Positions 26,974 to 34,329 of a DNA stretch of 61,568 nt are shown here, piece after piece. This stretch comes from an uncultured Saprospiraceae bacterium (GTDB lineage: Bacteria > Bacteroidota > Bacteroidia > Chitinophagales > Saprospiraceae). The notes beneath the pieces were generated by a model. The model was not told the DNA's origin, ran no database searches, and saw nothing but the letters and a program-made list of their open reading frames with translations. Each line of letters begins with the position of its first letter. Position 1 is the stretch's first letter. Made by a program: the position numbers and the translations under genes. The DNA is taken from positions 1 through 61,568 of the forward strand of contig CALLVC010000099.1 of assembly GCA_938010785.1 (NCBI GenBank), read 5' to 3'.

Positions 26974-28683
26974 CTAAACCTTCAAATAAACTATAGACTT
27001 ATTTTCAACCTTTTCGCTTAGCCTTATCCCCGATTCAATATTTACAGCCTCTGTTACAGATTTATCATTTATTTTCAAGCTAATAATTTTTACTAATTTA
27101 ATATTGTGATTTTTTTCTATCAATAGGGAATCACCGATTGATATTTTAGTGTTATTAACATCAATAATTATGACCTCTCCTTGTGAGTAAATTTCCTTTA
27201 CTTTTCCTATTTCTATACAATTGGGTTTAAAATCAATAAGTCCAGTATCATAAAATTTTTCACGTGCCTCAGCTTTAGAAATAATTCCTCTATGAATCAA
27301 AAAATATAGTTTGTACAGCTGCCAGGTTGTTATTAAGCCTCGTTTATCTAACTTTGCATCATTTATTTGGTCTTGAGAAAAAGGAGGAGATTCCCTTTTT
27401 TGTGGAGGAAGGTGGCGTTGATGATTGACCAAATAGTGTGCAAATACATCAAATCTACCTCTTTCTTCCTGCCTCCTAGATTTTATTTTATGGATTTGAG
27501 AACATTCTTTATCAGTGGAAGTGCCTCCAATCCTTTTAGCCTCTATAATGATTAAGCCCTTTGTAGTTTCAATTTGTATATCTTCTTCTTTAATAGTTCT
27601 TTTTCGGATTTTATCATAATCAACCGCATTGTCAAAACCTAACCACTTAAAAAACTCAATTATCGGTTCAACTAATCCATCACCAGTTTGAATCAAAATA
27701 TCATGAAGGAATTCATGTTTTTTATAGTTGGAAGAAATTTCCTCTTCAATCAATTGTAATTCCTTCTCGTGTCGAACAATCTCACTATTTTTCTTCTTTA
27801 GTAAAGATTCATGATTGGGTAAGAAGTACGCTTTATCATTCTTCCATTGACCTTTTACAATTTCAGGAAAAAATTCAGGTAAAACAGTAGGGATATATTC
27901 AAATAAAAATTCTAACAAAAAACCTTCTTTATCTTTAAATTGCGGAAATACAAATAAATTTAAATCACTAAAAAACTCTATGTAAGAAATTATGTCTTCT
28001 TGACTATTAAACATTAAAGGATAAAAATCTGATTTTTTTACTCGCTGATTTTTAATAGGGTCAAAATAGGTAGGGAACGAAAATGTTTGCCGATATTTTG
28101 CATCTTGATTATGCTTGTTGAGAATTTTTGCTAATTCGGGTTCATTGCAGTTTACTACCGTTTCAACACCAAGTTTATTATTTTCTGAGGTGGGAAATTT
28201 TAAAAAATCATATAATGTATGAGATTCACTCTTAGGTTTTAAGCTTGTATTAGAATAATCTACTATTTGATATTCAGTTTGGTAATTCGATTCAGCAAAT
28301 ACAATGAATAAAGTGTTTTTTGTAAAATCCTTTATTTTTTCACCCAGAAACTTTAAACTTATTGGAGTTGGATTAAATAATGTTTCTGGGTAACGAGAAA
28401 GTAATCTAGAATCAGAACTTCCAGCTATAAATTCTTTCTGATGATTTTCTTTGACGTAAGGTTTGGATTCTCTATTAATTAAGTCAATAATAAATATCTC
28501 ATATTCATGGATATTTTGAGGGAACCGGGACTGAAGAAGACAGTAATGGTTTGGATGTCTGGGAGTATTGGGAATAATTAAACTATCTCCGAGACTTCCT
28601 TCATATAAATTTGTAGCTAGTTTTTTAAGTTTTGAATTTATTTTTTTGTCTAAATTGAATGTGCAAATTTTGGCTTTATACAT
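26974..28683 (-). CDS. 569-aa hypothetical protein with a predicted PD-(D/E)xK nuclease core and a C-terminal small beta-barrel-like domain
   Basis: Long ORF in clearly AT-rich DNA. aa 1-290 have no motif I recognise. Coiled-coil-like region at aa 291-330 (LLKKKNSEIVRHEKELQLIEEEISSNYKK). EED368-IQIETTKGLIII-E381-A-K383 followed by SQ. aa 488-569 alternate hydrophobic beta-like strands (GKVKEIYSQGEVIIIDV...IGDSLLIE...VKIISLKINDKSVTEA). Confidence 0.7.
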   Translation of the reverse strand: MYKAKICTFNLDKKINSKLKKLATNLYEGSLGDSLIIPNTPRHPNHYCLLQSRFPQNIHEYEIFIIDLINRESKPYVKENHQKEFIAGSSDSRLLSRYPETLFNPTPISLKFLGEKIKDFTKNTLFIVFAESNYQTEYQIVDYSNTSLKPKSESHTLYDFLKFPTSENNKLGVETVVNCNEPELAKILNKHNQDAKYRQTFSFPTYFDPIKNQRVKKSDFYPLMFNSQEDIISYIEFFSDLNLFVFPQFKDKEGFLLEFLFEYIPTVLPEFFPEIVKGQWKNDKAYFLPNHESLLKKKNSEIVRHEKELQLIEEEISSNYKKHEFLHDILIQTGDGLVEPIIEFFKWLGFDNAVDYDKIRKRTIKEEDIQIETTKGLIIIEAKRIGGTSTDKECSQIHKIKSRRQEERGRFDVFAHYLVNHQRHLPPQKRESPPFSQDQINDAKLDKRGLITTWQLYKLYFLIHRGIISKAEAREKFYDTGLIDFKPNCIEIGKVKEIYSQGEVIIIDVNNTKISIGDSLLIEKNHNIKLVKIISLKINDKSVTEAVNIESGIRLSEKVENKSIVYLKV

Positions 28684-28985
28684 TTAGGGACACTTAATTA
28701 GTTTTCTAAAATCCCAAAAATACAATCAAAATCAAACTAAGGTGATTTTTTTATATATAAAGATAGCTTTTATTTGCCAGTACGAAGTTTTTCTGTAGAA
28801 ATATTAATTTTTCTATCTGGATTAGATTATTCTTTATATGAAGAGTCACAATAAAGAGGATTGATTAAATTATACTTAGAATATATTTTAATCCTTCTAA
28901 ATAGTTGGTTAATTTCTTTAGTTGTAAAACTTCAGGTGAACAAATTATAAGATAGAAAATACTATAGTATCATTTTTAAACAAAA

Positions 28986-29021
28986 AAAGCGCATCATCAA
29001 TGTTACTTGATAATGCGCTTT
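28986..29021 (-). terminator. Rho-independent terminator of tRNA-Val
   Basis: 15-bp stem with one mismatch (28986-29000 pairs with 29007-29021) and loop TGTTAC. On the minus strand it is followed by a T-run (reverse complement of CAAAAAAAGC). Confidence 0.8.
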
Positions 29022-29022
29022 A

Positions 29023-29100
29023 TGGTGGGCGATGAGAGACTCGAACTCCCGACCCCCTGGGTGTAAACCAGGTGCTCTGAACCAACTGAGCTAATCACCC
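29023..29100 (-). tRNA. tRNA-Val (anticodon UAC), CCA encoded
   Basis: The reverse complement reads GGGTGAT TA GCTC AGTTGGTTCA GAGC A CCTGG TTTACAC CCAGG GGGTC GGGAG TTCGAGT CTCTC ATCGCCC A CCA. All four stems pair, the T-loop is TTCGAGT, and the anticodon loop is TT-TAC-AC. Confidence 0.95.
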
Positions 29101-29137
29101 GAATTTAATACAAATTGCTTTTCTTCAAAAGCGAGTG

Positions 29138-29145
29138 CAAATATA
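29138..29145 (-). promoter_or_regulatory. Possible Bacteroidota -7 promoter box (TAnnTTTG) for tRNA-Val
   Basis: The minus strand reads TATATTTG about 38 nt upstream of the tRNA 5' end and matches the TAnnTTTG consensus. No -33 element was checked rigorously. Confidence 0.3.
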
Positions 29146-29310
29146 TAGGTCTTTGAAATATAAAGCAAGTTTAATTAATAAAAAATTAATAAAAAATAAA
29201 AATGCCTTTGCACACCAAACCAATATGCGAATTTCGTTAATTTTACATATTAATAGTTTTCTTCTTATCAAACAAAGTCAGTACAGTGTGTGTTAAATTT
29301 TTTATAATTC

Positions 29311-29433
29311 TGCTCGGCGCCTACGGCGCCTCGCAGGAGGGATTTTTAAGGGTGGAGATTTTGGATTTCCCCGTGGGGAAATCCAAAATCTCCACCCTTA
29401 CTATCCCCTAGTTAGTCGAGCCCGTACGGGCGA
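29311..29433. repeat. Cluster of three GC-rich palindromic hairpins, including a perfect 54-nt palindrome
   Basis: GGCGCC-TAC-GGCGCC at 29316-29330. TAAGGGTGGAGATTTTGGATTTCCCC/GGGGAAATCCAAAATCTCCACCCTTA at 29347-29400. GCCCGTACGGGC at 29420-29431. Confidence 0.9.
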
Positions 29434-29524
29434 AACAAAACTTAAAACAACTTAATACATAGTGTAGTTACACCCTACTTTTTATAAAAAAATACTTTCT
29501 GCAAAAAATAATTCACCCTAGTAT

Positions 29525-32122
29525 ATGAAAATCCTTAAAAGAATAGCTATTTGGTTAGGCATCGCGATGTTCCTCCTTTTTATCGCCTCTATTGTTCTAG
29601 CCATTTTTTTTGAAGATGAGATTGGACAAGAATTAGTCAATCAAATCAATAAGGAATTAGTCAGTGACATCAAAGTAGAAAATTTTAGACTTTCCTTAAT
29701 CAAAGGCTTTCCTAACGTTAATGCGGATTTACAGAATATCATCGTTCCTGATAGTAATGATGGGGTTTTGTTAGAAGCTAAAAGTATGTCCTTTCAATTA
29801 GGTTTTTTAGGGCTATTGACGAGAAATCTAAAAATGAAATCCGTCTTAATTGAAGACGGAGCTTTATTTGTAAAAGTGAATCGAAATGGAAAAGTTAACT
29901 ATTTTATTAACAAACCTACCAAACAAGATATTGTTGCTTCCCAAATGAGTTTTTCGCTCTCTTTGGATGAAGCTATTTTAAAAGATATTGAATTAATCTA
30001 TGTAGACGAGCGAGCGAAGCAAGAAATGAAACTACAATTAGAGGATGCCTCTTTTTCTGGAAAGTTTAACAACGACCAGTTTTCTTTAACTAGTACAGCT
30101 GACATCTATTCCAATTTTGTAGAATTAGATGCACACCGCTACTTTGTAGGAAAAGACCTAGGGTATGATGCTAAAATATACGTGGATTTAGAAAATAATT
30201 TTTATGAATTCCAAGATGTAGAATTAAGTGTAGCAAATAACATTTTTGATATTTTTGGCACACTCGAACCCCACCCAAAAACAACAGAACTTGATTTGGA
30301 AATTACTAGTCAAAAGGGCAGCATTGAATCTGTTATTCAATTATTGCCAGAAGAATTTCAATATTTAGAAGGATTTGCCAGTAAAGGAAATTTCAACTTA
30401 AAAGCAATTATCAAAGGGGAATTGAATGAAAAGAAAACACCTAGTATCGATTTAGATTTTGGATTGGAAGACGGTAAAATCAGCCATACAGTTTTAGAAA
30501 GTACCGTAAAAGATGTTTCCTTTGCCGCCAATTTTAAAAGTGGAGAAACACATTCTGGCCATGATGCAACTTTCGAGATTAAGGATTTTAAAGGCTATTT
30601 TAATCGAGAATTAATTGAAGCTAAGTTAAAATTAGTGAACCTAGAAAACCCGATGATTAATCTTCAAATGGACGGTACCCTACCGCTTCAATCCATCTAC
30701 ACGCTTTTTGATTCACCGATGATTACAAATGGTAGAGGAGAAGTAGAAATTCGAGGATTAGAAGTGGAAGGCAGATACTCCGATATGATTAATCCTTCTA
30801 GAATTCATAGAGTCCAGTCTAGTGGAACGCTTGAATTTGACGATGCGTCATTAACCATTAATGATGAAAAATTAACGCTCGATAAAGGTACTTTAGAATT
30901 ACGTGACAACGATTTAAAAATTGATGATTTAAAATTAGAAGGGGCTGGTAGTGAAATTGTTTTTCATGGCTCTGCAAGTAATTTCTTACCTGTTTTGTTA
31001 GCGGATTCGATTAATAGCAAAGATGCCAAATTAAAATTTAATGCCACTTTAAAATCTGATGAGTTAGACCTTGACAGGCTAATCGGCATCACGGAAGTCA
31101 AAGTACCTCAAAGTAGATTTGCCGCAAAAGGAATAGAAGTAACTCCTGATTCTATTAAAAAAGAAAATATTCATAGAAAAGAAGTCATCACTAACTTTTT
31201 AGAAGGCACCTTTGATGCAGAAGTTGCTGAATTTAACTATGATTTAATTGAAGGAGAAAGCTTTAATGGAAGCCTAGAATTTAAAAATAAACAAATGACT
31301 TTGGTCGGAGAAGCTGGGGCAATGGGTGGGTCTTTTGATATTGACGGTACTGGCTATTTTGAAAAGCTACCGAAGTTTAAAGCAAAAATTGCTTGTAATG
31401 ATATTGATGCTAAAGAATTTTTCCGACAAGGGAAAAACTTCGGGCAAGAAGTTTTGCAATCTAGACACATCGAAGGTACGCTGAATGCCAATATAGTTGT
31501 TAGTACAACATGGGACACCGATGGCAATTTTTTATACGATGAACTAAGAGTAATTGCGGGTATAGACATTAAAGATGGAGAATTAAATGATTTTGAGCTT
31601 TTGGAAGATTTTTCCACCTACGTCAATCCAAGAGATTTGGAGAATGTGAAATTTGTAGATATGCAAAATTGGCTGGAGATAAAAAATGAACGAATTTACA
31701 TTCCCGTAATGTTTATTCAAACTAACGCCATGAATATGTTATTAAGTGGAGAACATACTTTTAATAATGACATCGACTATAATATGAAGGTCAATGCTGG
31801 TCAAGTTTTAATGGCTAAATTGAAAAGTAATTCGGGCGCAAGACCGCAACCTGCTAAGCAAAATGGTTTATTCAACCTTTATTTCAATGTTGCTGGAAAT
31901 ATAGAAGATTATGCCGTGGAAACGAACAAACGAAAAGTCAAGAAAGAATTTACTTTTAGTGAATACAAAAAAGAAGCCATTCAAAAAGCACTAGCCGATG
32001 AATTTGGAAAAGCTGAAGTCACTAAAGAATTGAAAAGAATAGAACAAAAAATTCCAGCTTTTAAGGACACCGAAGGGAAAGAGGAATATTTAGATGTGAT
32101 TGAAGGTGGGCGGAGTAAATAA
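29525..32122 (+). CDS. AsmA family / AsmA-like outer-membrane biogenesis protein
   Basis: 865-aa ORF. N-terminal TM anchor (IAIWLGIAMFLLFIASIVLAIFF) followed by a long beta-rich periplasmic region. Overall architecture typical of AsmA-like proteins; the call is by architecture only. Confidence 0.6.
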   Translation: MKILKRIAIWLGIAMFLLFIASIVLAIFFEDEIGQELVNQINKELVSDIKVENFRLSLIKGFPNVNADLQNIIVPDSNDGVLLEAKSMSFQLGFLGLLTRNLKMKSVLIEDGALFVKVNRNGKVNYFINKPTKQDIVASQMSFSLSLDEAILKDIELIYVDERAKQEMKLQLEDASFSGKFNNDQFSLTSTADIYSNFVELDAHRYFVGKDLGYDAKIYVDLENNFYEFQDVELSVANNIFDIFGTLEPHPKTTELDLEITSQKGSIESVIQLLPEEFQYLEGFASKGNFNLKAIIKGELNEKKTPSIDLDFGLEDGKISHTVLESTVKDVSFAANFKSGETHSGHDATFEIKDFKGYFNRELIEAKLKLVNLENPMINLQMDGTLPLQSIYTLFDSPMITNGRGEVEIRGLEVEGRYSDMINPSRIHRVQSSGTLEFDDASLTINDEKLTLDKGTLELRDNDLKIDDLKLEGAGSEIVFHGSASNFLPVLLADSINSKDAKLKFNATLKSDELDLDRLIGITEVKVPQSRFAAKGIEVTPDSIKKENIHRKEVITNFLEGTFDAEVAEFNYDLIEGESFNGSLEFKNKQMTLVGEAGAMGGSFDIDGTGYFEKLPKFKAKIACNDIDAKEFFRQGKNFGQEVLQSRHIEGTLNANIVVSTTWDTDGNFLYDELRVIAGIDIKDGELNDFELLEDFSTYVNPRDLENVKFVDMQNWLEIKNERIYIPVMFIQTNAMNMLLSGEHTFNNDIDYNMKVNAGQVLMAKLKSNSGARPQPAKQNGLFNLYFNVAGNIEDYAVETNKRKVKKEFTFSEYKKEAIQKALADEFGKAEVTKELKRIEQKIPAFKDTEGKEEYLDVIEGGRSK

Positions 32123-32161
32123 TAAATTGTGGAATGTAAAATCAGAAATCATAAATTTTAA

Positions 32162-32189
32162 ACCTGCCTTCCTACGACGGCAGGCAGGT
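32162..32189. terminator. GC-rich hairpin between the convergent AsmA-like and DUF72 genes (shares the CCTGCC/GGCAGG module)
   Basis: ACCTGCC at 32162-32168 pairs with GGCAGGT at 32183-32189. An alternative inner pairing is CTGCC/GGCAG. Confidence 0.6.
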
Positions 32190-32207
32190 CATACATCATA
32201 AACCATC

Positions 32208-33122
32208 CTAGAACAAACTCATTTGCTGTCCCTGCTCTTTTATAAATTCGGGCCCTCTAGTAGTCACGCCTGAAATTACTGCCTTTGCTTTATCGACCAT
32301 ATACTTAGCCATTTTAGGCGATTGAATATTATCGGGTTCGTGAGTGAAAAAATAAACTTCTGAAATACCACGCTCCAACCAATCTTTTAAACGTAAAACC
32401 CATTCATCTATTCGCTGGTAATCTGTGGGATGCAAGTCATTGCCAACAAAACGAACCATTGCGATATTATTTGTGAGTTGTTGGTGTAAAACATCTCGCC
32501 TACCCGCTACATCTGTTAACACAAATGCACAATTTTTAGTCGCCAATAAATCAGCAAGGCGATTTGTCTCTCCCTTATCTTTAAACCAACTTTCATGTCG
32601 CACTTCAACTGCTAATGGAATATGTGAAGGGAATTGGTCTAAAAAGGTTTTTAAAATGGCGATTCTGTCTGCACTGAAATAAGGAGGCATTTGCATAAAA
32701 CAACAGCCCATTTTTTCTTCGAGTTGTTGAATAGATTCACAAAAGGCGATTAATTTTCCATCATTCAGTCCCATGCCCGAACTATGGCTAATGGCTTGGG
32801 GAATTTTTGGACAAAAACGAAAATCATCCGCAGATTCATTTTTCCACTTCTGCACCGTATCAAAAGATGGAATTCTATAATGCGTTGTATTTAATTCAAT
32901 GGTATTAAACTGCTTTGCGTAGTGCGTTAAATAGTCTTTTGTTTTTGCATTTGATGGATAAACAGAACCAATCCATTCTTTCATACTCCATCCCGTGCAA
33001 CCTACATATAACAGGGGTTGTTCTGTTTTAGATAAATTATCCAAAACTGCTTTCGTTCTTTCAGGGTCAATTGGTAGTCTAAAATCAACTTGACTTATAT
33101 CAGCTAGTTTTCCAAACTTCAT
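32208..33122 (-). CDS. DUF72 (YecE-like) family protein
   Basis: 304-aa ORF. DUF72-like pattern: GCTGWSMKEW, FNTIELNTTHYRIPS, FRFCPKIPQAISH, and a VEVRHESW-type motif. Confidence 0.8.
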   Translation of the reverse strand: MKFGKLADISQVDFRLPIDPERTKAVLDNLSKTEQPLLYVGCTGWSMKEWIGSVYPSNAKTKDYLTHYAKQFNTIELNTTHYRIPSFDTVQKWKNESADDFRFCPKIPQAISHSSGMGLNDGKLIAFCESIQQLEEKMGCCFMQMPPYFSADRIAILKTFLDQFPSHIPLAVEVRHESWFKDKGETNRLADLLATKNCAFVLTDVAGRRDVLHQQLTNNIAMVRFVGNDLHPTDYQRIDEWVLRLKDWLERGISEVYFFTHEPDNIQSPKMAKYMVDKAKAVISGVTTRGPEFIKEQGQQMSLF

Positions 33123-33275
33123 ACACTAGTATTTTAATATTTCCGCTTCTAATTGCTAACTATTAAAGCTATTTTACGCAAAGATGTTTATTTGAAACGC
33201 GGATAGCCTTCAAAAATAAATGAAGGCAGTATCTTTGCATTCTATTTATAAGATAGTACTATAAAACAAACGTAA

Positions 33276-33399
33276 CTATTCAGCAACCCACCCCCTGCCC
33301 CTCCCTTAAAATGGAGGGGAGTCCCCTTCCTTTTGAAGATGAACCCGTAAGGGTGAACCGTAAGGATGGGTGGCTGGTTAGGATTGGGTTGCTGAATAG
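33276..33399. repeat. Nested-hairpin element, family 1, copy A (124 bp) with 15-bp perfect terminal inverted repeats
   Basis: CTATTCAGCAACCCA (33276-33290) / TGGGTTGCTGAATAG (33385-33399). Internal hairpins CCCCTCC...GGAGGGG and GAACCCGTAAGGGTGAACCG. Located 24 bp upstream of the hemC start. Confidence 0.9.
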
Positions 33400-33422
33400 T
33401 AACAAACAAACTTAATAAAATT

Positions 33423-34325
33423 TTGAAGTCAAAAATAATCATAGGTACAAGAGGAAGTAAATTAGCCCTTTGGCAAGCATATTTTACTAAAGATAATTTA
33501 GAAAAATTAGGCATTGAGGTGGAATTAAAAATTATTAAAACTAAAGGCGATAAGATTCAGCATCTTAGTTTTGATAAAATAGAGGGTAAAGGATTTTTTA
33601 CTAAAGAAATTGAAGATGCCTTATTGCGAGGAGAAATTGATATGGCAGTCCATTCGATGAAAGATTTACCTACAGAATCTCCAGAAGGTCTATCTATTGC
33701 GGGTGTCTCCTACAGAGAAAATCCTGCGGATTGGTTAGTTATCAACAAAGGGAAAGAAGACACTTCCAAAATTTATAAACTAAAGGAAAATGCAGTAGTT
33801 GGCACTTCTTCTGCTCGCCGTAAAGCCATCTTGTTAGATATTCGACCAGATGTTAACCTTAAAGATATTCGAGGCAATGTACCTACTCGGTTACAAAAAT
33901 TAAAAGAAGGACAATTTGATGCTATTGTTCTGGCAGCGGCAGGCTTAACGAGATTAGATTTGGATATGTCTGACTTTGTAGTAGTCAAATTAAATACCAA
34001 GGAATTTGTCCCTGCTCCAGCACAAGGCGTATTGGCTTACCAAACTTGTACTTCTGATACTGAAACTAGAAAAATTATAAAAAAATTACACCACTCTGAA
34101 GTAGCTTCCTCTACCAATGTTGAAAGAAAAGTTTTAAACTTATTAGGTGGTGGATGTCATATGCCTTTAGGTGTTTATTGCGAGCAAGACGAAATGGGCA
34201 ATTATCATGTTTGGGCCGCTAAAGCTGCTACTTGGAATGGTCCTGTCAAACGAGTTCGTTTATCTTCTAGCACTAGTTTTGAATTGGCAGAACAAGTATT
34301 AGCAGCATTGAATGGCGAGAGCTAG
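33423..34325 (+). CDS. hemC: Hydroxymethylbilane synthase (porphobilinogen deaminase)
   Basis: 300-aa ORF with a TTG start. N-terminal IIIGTRGSKLALWQA, then KTKGD, DMAVHSMKDLP, GTSSARR, RGNVPTRL and the cofactor-Cys region GGGCHMPLG. Confidence 0.95.
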   Translation: MKSKIIIGTRGSKLALWQAYFTKDNLEKLGIEVELKIIKTKGDKIQHLSFDKIEGKGFFTKEIEDALLRGEIDMAVHSMKDLPTESPEGLSIAGVSYRENPADWLVINKGKEDTSKIYKLKENAVVGTSSARRKAILLDIRPDVNLKDIRGNVPTRLQKLKEGQFDAIVLAAAGLTRLDLDMSDFVVVKLNTKEFVPAPAQGVLAYQTCTSDTETRKIIKKLHHSEVASSTNVERKVLNLLGGGCHMPLGVYCEQDEMGNYHVWAAKAATWNGPVKRVRLSSSTSFELAEQVLAALNGES

Positions 34326-34329
34326 TAAA

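Noticed and set aside
26449-29100. Integrative element or prophage remnant inserted at tRNA-Val
   Set aside because: There is no integrase, excisionase or phage gene, and I could not find a direct repeat of the tRNA 3' end at the distal boundary. Foreign origin is suggested by composition only, so it is kept as a hypothesis inside a finding rather than called as a mobile element.
33242-33514. 90-aa ORF upstream of hemC, and the similar 61-aa ORF at 55807..55992
   Set aside because: Both ORFs are generated by the GC-rich family-1 hairpin repeats. Their peptide similarity reflects the DNA repeat, and they occur in opposite orientations relative to the element.
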